DNA of 64,000 nucleotides from Eledone cirrhosa (Eukaryota): the NCBI GenBank assembly GCA_964016885.1, contig OZ024750.1:48174001-48238000 (forward strand), read 5' to 3'. Under the pieces are notes generated by a model. The model made no database searches. It saw nothing but the letters and a program-made list of their open reading frames with translations, and was not told the origin of the DNA. Position numbers and translations under genes: made by a program. Shown piece after piece: positions 50,021-64,000 of the stretch (the first letter of the stretch is position 1; every line of letters starts with the position of its first letter).

Positions 50021-50648
50021 ATAGAGAAAATTGAGGTTGGTAATGGCACATGGAATATATAAGAGACAGAATACTTTTTTGTGAAAAAAACATATAATTT
50101 TATAAGGTAAGGAAATAATAAAGGGTATAAAAAATGACCGGTTTCGATGGGTCTGCAAAAGCCATCTTTGCAAATGTTGATTAATATTAAGAAAAATTAA
50201 TAATACGAAGAGTTAAAATTTGAGATTTGAAAATTCAAGTATAAAATTCATTATGGGATTTCATAGTAGTTTTCATCTAGGTAGCAACAACAGGTTGACT
50301 GCTGTGTCCCTTTCTGGTAGTGAATGAGAAGTTATTTGAGGTGTGGGTTATTTTATAAAGGTCAGATTTAGCAATGGCCAACTGGCCAGCTGCTGGTCAG
50401 TGAGGGGGTGGAAGCAATATACATACATATATCTTCCTGTGGTGGGTAGGAGAGTGGAGCGTGATAGAAAGGGATTTAGTGCACTTACACCTATATATAC
50501 ACACATACCTTCATCCACACATACATACATATACATATACATACACATATACATATATATATATATATATATACATATACACACATACACACACATACAC
50601 CCACACATACATATACATAAACATATACACACACACACATATACACAT

Positions 50649-50685
<37 letters not shown>

Positions 50686-50752
50686 TACACACACACACAC
50701 ATGTATATACATACACATACATCCAGATACACACATACATACACAGACACAC

Positions 50753-50800
<48 letters not shown>

Positions 50801-50900
50801 CCACACATACATACACACACACACACACATATATACATACACACATACAAACATACACACACACACATATATATATATACACATACACACACATATATAT

Positions 50901-50933
<33 letters not shown>

Positions 50934-51953
50934 CACATACGCATACATTCAGATACACAAATACACACACACACACACGCACACACAATACATACATCCA
51001 CATGCACACACATACACACACACACACACACACACATATATACACATACATACACCCACACACAGAGAAATGGCCTCCAAATATATATATATATATGCAT
51101 ACATACACATATATTTTTTCCATAATATAAGAAGTTGGGACAGTAAAATTAAAATACAAGTCATTCTGATCACATTGAGTTTTTCATGTAGATTGGGCCC
51201 CGCAACCGACAGTGGTCAATTCTGTGTGCGCATATATATATAGATATATGTGTGTGCACGTGCAGGGTTTAACATGGATGTGTTGGTCACACACAGGCAT
51301 GGTCTGTCAACGAATAAACCTGATTCTACAGAATTGGTCTCTGGTCTTTAATAGTAGTGATTCCGTGCGTATGTGTGTTTATATTTTATGACAATTCTAT
51401 TGGTGTGATAACCCGTTTAGTTTTGGTTTAAATTTGTTAAGGAATAGATTTTCTTTGTTTATTCTTTGTTGCTGTGTGAACGAATCTGAGCACTTGTAGA
51501 AGGGGAAGATTTTAAAGTTGGGTAGTGTCATTCCTGCGCAGTTCGCAATATGGCTGGTCAAGGGGATTTTTCTTGTGTTAGCGTCCCGGATTTGTTGGCG
51601 GTGGATGGTCATTCTTTTGCGTAATGAGGTGCCCGTCTGTCCTATGTAGTTGTGTTTGCACCCACCGCAAGTTATTGCGTAAATCAAGTTCTCCGAGTTG
51701 CAGGTGAAATTGTTTTTTACTGTAAATGTTTGGCCATCTTTGAATGTAAATGTTTGTCCATCAGTGAGGTAGAGGCACGTTCCACAGTTTGTTCTACCAC
51801 ATTTGGTAACTGTAGGGTTGGGGATTGGTTCGGGTATATTTGGTCCAGTGAGAATGCGTTTAAGTGATTTGGGTTGTGTGTGCATGTGGATGTATGTATT
51901 GTGTGCGTATGTGTGTGTGTATGTATGTGTGTATCTGGATGTATGCGTATGTG

Positions 51954-51990
<37 letters not shown>

Positions 51991-52253
51991 ATATATATAT
52001 GTGTGTGTATGTGTATATATGTATATGTGTGTGTGTGTGTATGTTTGTATGTGTGTATGTATATATATGTGTGTGTGTGTGTATGTATGCGTGGGTGTGT
52101 GTGTATATATATGTGTGTGTGTATGTATATATATGTGTGTGTGTGTATGTATGTGTGTATCTGGATGTATTTGTATGTATATATATGTGTGTGTGTGTGT
52201 GTGTGTATGTGTGTATGTATATGTATGTGTGTGTGTATGTGTGTGTATGTGTG

Positions 52254-52300
<47 letters not shown>

Positions 52301-52858
52301 GTCTATGTATATGTATATGTATGTATGTGTGGATGAAGGTATGTGTGTATATATAGGTGTAAGTGCACTAAATCCCTTTCTATCACGCTCCACTCTCCTA
52401 CCCACCACAGGAAGATATATGTATGTATATTGCTTCCACCCCCTCACTGACCAGCAGCTGGCCAGTTGGCCATTGCTAAATCTGACCTTTATAAAATAAC
52501 CCACACCCCAAATAACTTCTCATTCACTACCAGAAAGGGACACAGCAGTCAACCTGTTGTTGCTACCTAGATGAAAACTACTATGAAATCCCACAATGAA
52601 TTTTATACTTCAATTTTCAAATCTCAAATTTTAACTCTTCGTATTATTAATTTTTCTTAATATTAATCAACATTTGAAAAGATGGCTTTTGCAGACCCTT
52701 CGAAACCGGTCATTTTTTATACCCTTTATTATTTCCTTACCTTATAAAATTATATGTTTTTTCACAAAAAAGTATTCTGTCTCTTATATATTCCATGTGC
52801 CATTACCAACCTCAATTTTCTCTATAACCTTCGTTTTGTGTAGAAAATTACACTTTTC
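50021..52858 (-). mobile_element. Neptune-type PLE fragment with ~1-kb inverted arms (50021-~51010 / ~51875-52825) around a GIY-YIG fragment
   Basis: Near-identical inverted arms including an internal compound microsatellite; tail 52826-52858; TA flanks. Confidence 0.88.
51397..51875 (-). pseudogene. Truncated PLE GIY-YIG endonuclease with Cys-rich linker (Neptune-like)
   Basis: KCGRTNCGTC linker; FTCNSENLIYAITCGGCKHNYIGQT..LRKRMTIH..H (CCHH); KE..KLN; frame open to the stop codon but 5'-truncated at the inversion point. Confidence 0.88.
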
Positions 52859-53709
<851 letters not shown>

Positions 53710-54495
53710 GAAGAAAAGTATATGAATGCGGAATAGGTACGTTTGCCTATACACAAAGAAACGCTTGCATATACTTCGAATGATTGTCAATACCATTAGA
53801 ACGTTGGGTCGGATAATCAGGACGCCAAATAACTCCCCTGTTATGGGTTTCGCAACAGACGTACAACAGAGCAGCTGGTACGGTGTCAAACGCTGATGTT
53901 GCGCTTGTGAATATCATGTGATATGTATGTGTTAAACTTACATAATTAGTTTATAGTGTGAACAAGTTCAATTAATTAGTTAATCTTTTGGCTGAGTCCC
54001 TGGAGCGTTGGATAAAATATGTCTTCCGGTTACCTGTTTCATAAGTAAGAATCCCGCAGAGGCCAGCTTTCCCTTTCAGCCATTTGATGGGAAAAGGACA
54101 AAGTACCTTTCAATGGCGTGTAATGTTCGTAGTTCTTGAGGCGTTAAACGAGATGTCTTCTGAAGTTGAAATTAACCTGGCATATTTAAATCACAGAACT
54201 AACAACACGATCAATAATGTAATCAAACTGTGATAGAAACTGCAACAAACCACATGAAAGATCTGAAGATTCTAGAGTATTAATATCTATTCTAATTTCA
54301 TATAAATAATGTTCTAGATATTAGACTCATAGACACAACCTCGGAAAGAAACCTTATGTATATTTTTGGTGTTCAGAATTCATCATTAATCTATTATAGA
54401 CATATACACAACATATATATTTAGATATTTTTAAAGACATTTTAAATAGCATATCAATGTGACGGTAAATGCAGTATTTTCTTTCTTTCTTTATA

Positions 54496-55132
54496 TATAT
54501 TCAAATATATATCGCTATTTCAGAGCATTTATTCCAATTTCTAATTTCTGCCGGACCGGCAACCGCTCTTTCAAACCAGTTCCTGTACACAGCTAAGTAT
54601 TCTATAAGTCTCTAGCTGTGTCATTCTCGATAAAAGCACTGGATATGTAGTCCTGATGATTTCTAACAAGAATGAAACGCGTAGATTACTTCCCTTGCTT
54701 TTATCGAGAATCTAATTGTAATACGTGACGTATTCTATTCTATAGCGATTAGGTCTTCAAAATGTTTATTATAAACATACAGAATATTTTCGAATATTCT
54801 ATGTCTATATTCAAATATATATCGCTATTTCAGAGCATTTATTCCAATTTCTAATTTCTGCCGGACCGGCAACCGCTCTTTCAAACCAGTTCCTGTACAC
54901 AGCTAAGTATTCTATAAGTCTCTAGCTGTGTCATTCTCGATAAAAGCACTGGATATGTAGTCCTGATGATTTCTAACAAGAATGAAACGCGTAGATTACT
55001 TCCCTTGCTTTTATCGAGAATCTAATTGTAATACGTGACGTATTCTATTCTATAGCGATTAGGTCTTCAAAATGTTTATTATAAACATACAGAATATTTT
55101 CGAATATTCTATGTCTATATTCAAATATATAT
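54496..55132 (+). mobile_element. Tandem dimer of a 310-bp HHR-containing unit (non-LTR retrozyme-like)
   Basis: Identical units 54496-54805 and 54806-55115; HHRs at 54647-54689 and 54957-54999: gtagtc-CTGATGA-tttc..gaat-GAAA-cgcg-TA-gattac. Confidence 0.8.
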
Positions 55133-55148
55133 ATATATATATATATAT

Positions 55149-56043
55149 ATCAAGATAAGCAGAACAAGTAAAATTCAACCAATTTTTCAAAATAAATCAA
55201 AATTAATATACAATTAAAATTAATCAAAATTAAAAAATATAATATAAATATTTACCTATTCAAATGGCCCTAACTGTACAGTTTCACGGTGCAAAACATT
55301 AAATATCACGAGGATATTAATGGAAAAGCAACGATCATCAGAGAAGCATTTTCCTGTCCTAGGGTTAAAAACCCCAGGAACGACAAAATATATGACCTCA
55401 CTCCAACTAATACAGGTCTAACAGGTTGTGAAAGTGACCCGTAAATACATTGGTGTATAGTGAAGGCGGGAAATCGTAGACTAGCCGTCTATAATCGCTA
55501 CTAAAAAAGATTTTTAGCAACTAAATAGATCGACAAAGATTTATCTCTACATGCTGGAGATTATTGAATAAGGTTAATATATATCTGAGGGTACAATGTA
55601 CCGCCGGAAATATATAGTGTGTCTATGATTTAAGGTGGTTCTATGGTAATAATTTGATATACCAGAACTTAATATCAAGATAAGCAGAACAAGTAAAATT
55701 CAACCAATTTTTCAAAATAAATCAAAAAGGACAGGAAAATGCTTCTCTGATGATCGTTGCTTTTCCATTAATATCCTCGTGATATTTAATGTTTTGCACC
55801 GTGAAACTGTACAGTTAGGGCCATTTGAATAGGTAAATATGTATATTATATTTTTTAATTTTGATTAATTTTAATTGTATATTAATTTTGATTTATTTTG
55901 AAAAATTGGTTGAATTTTACTTGTTCTGCTTATCTTGATATTAAGTTCTGGTATATCAAATTATTACCATAGAACCACCTTAAATCATAGACACACTATA
56001 TATTTCCGGGGGTACATTGTACCCTCAGATATATATTAACCTT

Positions 56044-56048
<5 letters not shown>
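55149..56048. mobile_element. Fold-back insertion of a 525-bp ORF-less HHR unit (minus arm 55149-55727 = ~1.1 units; plus arm 55728-56048)
   Basis: caagataagcagaac at 55151 and 55676; 55566-55727 is the reverse complement of ~55886-56047; HHR 55737-55826 CTGATGA..GAAA-ctgtacag-TT. Confidence 0.82.
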
Positions 56049-56092
<44 letters not shown>

Positions 56093-56615
56093 TCTTTTAG
56101 ATTTCTGTTAACATGAATATCTTTTTCAGCAGATCTCACTTCGAAAATAAGTATTTTATATTTGAATTTTCCATTTCTATCCATCTGCATATAAAGGTAA
56201 TTGATATACAAGTATAAAAGTGTGATTCTGTACAGGATATCTGATATAAAAAGAAGGTAAATCGTGTGGAATATATTGATGTGCATGACACATTTGTTAG
56301 GTTAAAAATAAATGGTGTATTCATAGATATAAGAAAATCGGTCATACAATATAACACATTTATATGTATCCTATTTATCATTTCTCGTGATATTTCGTTT
56401 CAATCTTTTATTTAGATGTTTCAACTTGATTGCTACGATTGGTTATAAAAACATATACCCAAGGAATGATTTACTTGCAATGAAACTAAACATACATGTT
56501 TTGTAAATAAGAATTTACATCATTTATTTATATTTTGTAAATGAAAATAACCGTTTTGTAAGTAATGTTTGTAGAGCCCAAGGCAACTCATCGTCATTTG
56601 TGCAAATTATAAGGT

Positions 56616-57585
56616 ACTAACAGCAGTACCCAGCGTTGCCTGGATAGGTAAAATAATATCTGCGTTGGTGAAAAGGTGTTGAGCTTAGCGACTGCTTCTC
56701 GATGATTCATCTATGGCCAAACACAGGCCATTCGGGGGAGGGTGGTGATGACCTCTATCACGGAGAAACGCGAGTGACTGACGAAGGGGCATGCTGGCGA
56801 GGAAGGTAATGACCTCTATCACTAAGTCAAATTTCCTCACGCTACTTGATTGGAAACCGATGAATTCTCAAACACACAACTAAAAGCTCAGATGACGTCA
56901 GAGGTCATCGTTTTGCCTTTGACCATTTATAATATGTGCACTGATAGGTTCTATCGTAGTATAAAAGTTGAACCAAGTAAATTGGTTTGTGTGTGAGGTG
57001 GAGCCGAAGATTCGAATTTGAACGAAATTGGTTGAAAAATGTCGGAGGTAGAGCTGAAAAGGCGGAAATTTGAGATAAAAGGTGGTATTTTCGAACATAT
57101 AAGCGGCAGCCATGCCGTTCCTGAAGAAAGAATGCAAAATGTAAAGCTACTTTAAGACGTGAAATAATCGGATCTAGCGTAGTGTAAAATTTGAACAAAG
57201 TAGGTTGATTAATGTGGGAGCTAGAGCCGAAAAAGTGGAAATGTTATTCTTAAAGTGTTATTTTTAATATTTAAGCAGCTTCCACGCCGTCCCTGAACAA
57301 CAAATGCAAAATATAAAACAATTACAGGATGTGCTACGATAAATTCTATTTTGCCTTAAAATTTGAATGAAATCGGTGACAAAATGTGGGAGCTGGAGCC
57401 AAAAATCTTATTTTTTGATACCTAAAAAAAGGTGAGCCCCTATCGATTTTTATCTGCAGAATTACCCCGGAATAAAAAAAAATATGCTCTGACTAATCTA
57501 TGAGCCTGTAAAGATTCATGAAAATCGGTCGCAAGATGTAGGCCCCTATAGGTAATACACATACACACATACTTAATGTTATAGA
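56616..57585 (+). mobile_element. Non-autonomous Helitron/Helentron-like element with internal subrepeats
   Basis: 5' tactaacagcagtacccagcgttgcctgg; repeated aaatttgaa..gagctagagccg units; 3' aaaatcggtc + CA-rich + ttatag. Confidence 0.55.
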
Positions 57586-58905
57586 AACACAGATATCCAA
57601 GGCTTTAGACTTCGATAAAAAAATGAGGAACACGGTACGCACACCCATACACAAACATAACCACCCACTAACCCCCACACATACGCACCCACACACACAT
57701 ACACACACACTCTCACACACACACTCACACAGAGAGAGCGTCTGAATATGATGAGTAGGATATTTCAATAAAATGAGATATCACACACAATTTCAAGGCG
57801 AATTTCTCACTGGAGATGTTACAACGCGAGTAACTTGCAATAAAGAGAACTTCTCTAGATTCAATTATTCCAAGTATTTCAGAATAATGTTGAGCAATTC
57901 AATGGAGGTGGGCCTTGTATATAAGCATGCTTCCTGGAAGCAACGAACATATTTAGACCGGATTACATCTCTTCAGCGAAGCATATATTCTCAGCAAGAA
58001 TAGAGGTGTTGATCGTGCTGTTTATGTTTCAAATAAGGGTAGCGGCGAAAATGAATGCGTATGTATATAGAATTATTTACAGATAAGTAAAGGGAAATAT
58101 ATTTAGAGCTCAAACGTTTACATATTAATTTGGTCTCTTGTGATGGTATATCATGTAGAATATTTTCTGGGATGTTCAAATGATATATGACAAAGCTCTA
58201 TGATAAAATGCCGCATGGAATGAATGAATTTTGATCAATAATACAAAACGCCGCGTATCTTCCCATTGTATAAGTTCATCTAATATATATATGATTTGAC
58301 AGTAATGAAACCAAACTACGATGAGCAAATACAAAGTACTATTTAAGCACGAAATCTACCTGGCCTATTACATGTTACCTTGCGACTAACTTTCCAAACA
58401 CTTCAGTCTGCAGCATACATGCGTTTTTACATGTCAGCGTGTTGTCTATGTTTATTATTCTTTAGCGTGGAATTTAGCTCGTCATAAAAAGTTTATCTTG
58501 TCTTGAGGTCTATATAGTTATATACTCTCCGGCGTGCGATCTATCTGGTAATTTACAATGCAACGTGCGGTCGACCTCGTTATTTCCAGTGTAGCGTACG
58601 ATTTGTCGGATAATTCACAGCCAAGCGTTTCGAGGTCCAGTGCCGTTCTACCTTCCTTTTCGCAGTTCAGTGTACTGCCTAACTGCACATTTATAGAGTA
58701 CTTATAGTATATCTCCATATTTACCATTCAGCATGTGGTGTATCCACAGTACAAAGCCTTGCACCAGAGGTTATCAAACTATTTTAGGCCACTCACAGAC
58801 ATGTAATACTTTTAGCGCCACCCCAACCCTGTTTGCAGAGATCTGCCTACAGGCAAATTCTGAAAAGTATATAAGAAACTAAGTAAATTAATTTATGTAT
58901 AATAA

Positions 58906-59099
58906 ATAATTGTTTCTACTTTTTGGCACAAGGCCAGCAAATACCCAGTACATTACAGGTACTTTATTTTATCGACCCCGTAAAGGATGAAAGGCAAAGT
59001 TAACCACAGCGGGATTTGAAATCAGTATGGCAAGGGCCGTAACTCCATGCGTCAAAGCATGGCGTCCGACCCTCTACCGATACTGCCAATTCACCGCCC
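58906..59099 (-). mobile_element. tRNA-derived SINE family 1
   Basis: Reverse-complement homolog with intact 5' ggcggtgaattggcag. Confidence 0.85.
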
Positions 59100-59704
59100 T
59101 TCTATAATTTATGTATAATAAATAATATAATATATACTATGTATAAATAAATATACTCTTTATTTCACTATATTTATACATAATATGTTTCTTTTTATAG
59201 TTAATATACTATGTAATATACTATTATATTTAATATACTATTATATCATCCATACCGGCATCCCACTCTTGCCGCCAACAGTTTCGTAGACCTTCTGGGA
59301 AATGAGAGGGTAGTGCTGCCTATTTTGAGTACCTCTGCTTTACACTAACCCTTTAACGATTCGCTGATGCGTAGCGTAGACGTTGAATAGTGCAGTATGT
59401 AGCACACCAAACTAACATCCATCAACAACATCCATCACGCATGCTACACATTGTACATTATTTACGTCATAGGTTACAATTGTGTCTTCACACTATACCT
59501 TATAGTCTTCTAATATAATCTACGAGTGGCTGATATGAAGGTGAGAGATTTCATGAATACATTAAACAACACATGTTGCATAACAAAACCTAACATCCCA
59601 AAGGTAAATTAAAAATGCGATTTGTTTAAAACAATAAAAGTAATCTTATTAACTCTAAGTATCGAAAGACACTCAGCAAGCTTATGTTAAGCTCTAGGAA
59701 TATA

Positions 59705-59722
59705 TATAGGTATACACTCACC

Positions 59723-59774
<52 letters not shown>

Positions 59775-59994
59775 TATATATATGTATATATATGTTTATA
59801 TTATATATATATATATATGTATATATATGTTTATATTATAAGTATATACATATATATATATTCATATACATATATATAAATATGAATACGCATATATATA
59901 TGTGTGTGCATATATGTATATAGATATACACTCACCCACACACACACATATATATATATATATATAATTATATATATATATATATATATATGTT

Positions 59995-60068
<74 letters not shown>

Positions 60069-60200
60069 GTTTATATTATATATATATATATATGTATATA
60101 TATGTTTATATTATAAGTATATACATATATATATATTCATATACATATATATAAATATGAATACGCATATATATATGTGTGTGCATATATGTATATATAT
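59705..60200. repeat. Tandem duplication of a TA-rich compound unit
   Basis: tacactcacccacacacaca..atacgcatatatatatgtgtgtgcatata occurs twice. Confidence 0.8.
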
Positions 60201-60488
60201 GTATATATATGTATATATATATATATATATACTTATATATATATATACATACATGGATTATATATATATATGAAGCATACAATAAGAACATTTGCGCTGG
60301 CTGGCATGTCAATCTAAGTACATCTGTCTGGGGAATTAGGTGAATACACTTATATATAAAAAGACAATATGGAGGAATATAAAAGTGTAATAGTATAATG
60401 TATATGAATTCATTCTGCTAAGACTAGATTATAATGCAGCTTCTGAATATGCTATAAATAGACATTTACATATGTATGAATATATAAA

Positions 60489-60815
60489 GTGAAGGTGCAT
60501 GGCTGAGTGATTAGAGCGTCGGGCGTACAATCGTGAGGTTGAGTTCGATTCTCGGACTGGGTTTTGCGATGTGTTCTTGAGCAAGACATTTTACTTCACG
60601 TGTTACCAGTTCACCCAACTGTAGTAATCAGTTGCGACGTCACTGGTGCCAAGCTGTCTTTTGGGCAAATCGGTGGCCTAAAGAGATGAGACCTGATATT
60701 GTTGGGCGTGTGCTGGTTTCCCATAAACAACCTTACCCGAACTTGTGCAATAGAGGGGAATTTTCTAGGTGGGAATCTGCTGAGCTTTCGTGACCACAGG
60801 TGGTATTTACACTTT
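60489..60815 (+). mobile_element. tRNA-derived SINE family 2
   Basis: Homologous head and CORE-like segment to 40483-40630. Confidence 0.75.
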
Positions 60816-60855
60816 TACATATAAACCATATAGACAACTTGCATGTATAGGCTTA

Positions 60856-61625
<770 letters not shown>

Positions 61626-61794
61626 TATATATATTTATAAGAAAACTGTCTCTCTTATTGATCATGCTCACATTCCGGACATTACCTTGCGGGGAAAATC
61701 CTAAGGAACGAATTAGTGTAGTTTTTCGCATCTGTTTAACAATATGTCAGCAGATTTTTTATCAACAAACCTTCTTCAACTGAATACATTATAT

Positions 61795-61828
<34 letters not shown>

Positions 61829-63626
61829 TACACGCATCAAGTGACATATAGTACACATACATAAATATATAAGTATATATTTAGTATACACACAAATACG
61901 TATACTTATAATACGAACACACATATATACATATACAGACACACATACTTACATACATACACATGTATATTACATATACATTTATAAATACTGTGCTAAG
62001 TATACAATCTGTAAATATATAAGAACTAGATTCATACGCTCAAGTAGAATTTATTCTCTGTATTAATATCGATATCTCGCAGGAAACTGTATAACCGAAT
62101 AGCATTTTGCATGGAAATGATAGACAGTGACCTAACGGTCAAACACAGCAGATAATTTTCTAATTAACTGCTAGTTGATAATACCCAGAACGGTTTACGC
62201 CAATTTATTTTAGTTTGACTTCAAAGACATTCTTAATTTCCTCCCAATTGCAGTAGTGTGGACATGACAGCACTTTGCAACATCAGTGCAGTAAATGAAC
62301 ATGGTTCTGAGAGACAGATTATTTCCACTGAAGAGTGAGATCAAATAGATTTCAATTAATACAGTTTAATTTAGATAACACAATGCGGTAGAAATGGACA
62401 CGAGAAACTCTAATGTCCAGGCTGTTTTTCTATTTTGTTATGCTGGTTGTTTAATTAAGACTATCTGCAATCTGACCTTGTATTTCATCCTGTAGTTATT
62501 TCTAAATAGAAATTATTGACACGGAAGACCTTATTTCTGATAAAAGAGTAAAAAATATTTCAAGAAATTGTGTTGATTTACACCGTGCTTTCACATTACT
62601 CAACTACATTTTCATATAGATTACTATAACTATGATTGTGTTTTCATTTGAAAGATCACACCAGCTAAATTAATGGTTAATTTAGTATTAACATATTTCA
62701 AGCAGAAAACATTTAAAAGGTAACTAGGAATGACTGTCCTACGACGAAGAAATGACATTACTGAAGGACTAATACTGCTTTAACTATTCATAAATAATTT
62801 GAAAACTGTAGCGTAGCTGGAGCATCCGTCAGTGGAGAGCTCCAACTATTTCCCCGCCACTCAAAACATTACAAACATGTGACCAAATTTGCCACAGGGA
62901 AAATACGCCACTTCTTTCAGTATTATGAACTCATAAACGAAGCATCGACATTATATTACTTGAGTAGGCTATTGAATTATCAATAAACAAAGAACTAAAA
63001 CAAATACTTATCTTGAAGTAGTTAAGTTCACAATGATTTTAATATATTTAAAAATATTTTCAAAAGATATGAACTGGCATATATTAAAAGTGGGTTACAC
63101 ACAGTATCCTAATAATATGAATAAGGTATGTATGATTATAAGACAATATGATCCTCTACTAAACATTGTCTATATAAAACTTGAGGCTTATGTGACATCA
63201 ACATCTGGAGTCACTATGAATATTAATTTTAGTAAAGATAGCGCTCTATAGTTTACTTTGTTCACACACATACACAAACACGCGTGCACACACACACGCG
63301 CACACACACACACAATACACACAAACAAACACACACACACACTACACACACAGACTCTCTCTCTCTCTCACTCTCTCTCTCTCTCTTTCCTGCACACACG
63401 CAAACGTATATCTGTACGTTCCTCTGATGATCTAATAAAGATCTACATGTATATATCCAATCGTTTCGGTAATTAATTTTGTATGAAACAACCATGCAAA
63501 TGACTGGAATGTACCTCCCTCGGTTCGAACAATGGTTGATCTACAAGAATAGGTTGACACGTTCAGGGGCTGACTATGAAGGTGTACAATCTTGCAGGCA
63601 TTAATTTCTATTATTATTTTTAATGG

Positions 63627-63808
63627 ATTGGTAGTATCGGTAGAGGGTCGGACGCCATGCTTTCCAGCATAGTTACGTCCCTTTACGATCTGAGTTCAAA
63701 TCCCGCCGAGGTTGAATTTGCCTTTCATCCTTACGGGGTCGATCAAATAAAGTACCAGTAATGCACTGGTAATTGCTGGCCTTGTGCCTAAAGTAGAAAC
63801 AATTATTT
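63627..63808 (+). mobile_element. tRNA-derived SINE family 1
   Basis: Highly similar to 27430-27610. Confidence 0.85.
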
Positions 63809-64000
63809 TTAAATAACTACGTCGTTTCTTTCCAGGGACTGTGTGGGCAAATAAACTTCATTTGGTCATTCTATGAGACCATCCTGGACAGCCTAGGAAC
63901 TTTTCAAACGACCCTCGCGATTATTCCATCATCGGGAAGGTGTGTTAATTAAATGAACGTGAACATGGCTGAGTAATGTATACACACGTCTACCCATAAT

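Noticed and set aside
58518-58727. CpG-richer unique stretch with a short ORF
   Set aside because: No recognisable homology or splice structure by eye

Overview
AT-rich, microsatellite-dense eukaryotic non-genic DNA. The SINE types and (TA)n/(CA)n load suggest a cephalopod, probably octopus (inference). I can support no host protein-coding gene; nearly all listed ORFs are microsatellite translations. The window is dominated by Penelope-like retroelements (PLEs) inserted into (TA)n tracts. These include a large decayed Hydra-clade element (RT + GIY-YIG, 14161-17847), further Hydra RT/EN fragments and a Neptune-type GIY-YIG fragment. There are about 16 fold-back insertions in total, built as inverted arm + arm + one-sided tail, most carrying a minimal type I hammerhead ribozyme (HHR), often next to AATAAA. 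Four signals stand out: (1) a covarying bulged stem-loop (ACTC-stem-loop-stem-TN-GAGT) in the tails of several divergent families, just 3' of a TA motif where the second arm joins the target; (2) ORF-less tandem HHR units of 310, 525 and 526 bp that look like retrozymes/circular RNA templates; (3) recurring U3-A8 covariant HHR cores; (4) 28-45 nt micro-insertions of element ends inside TA tracts. Also present are RTE-like LINE fragments, two tRNA-derived SINE families, Helitron-related elements and a MITE. All alignments and folds were done by eye; boundaries are approximate.
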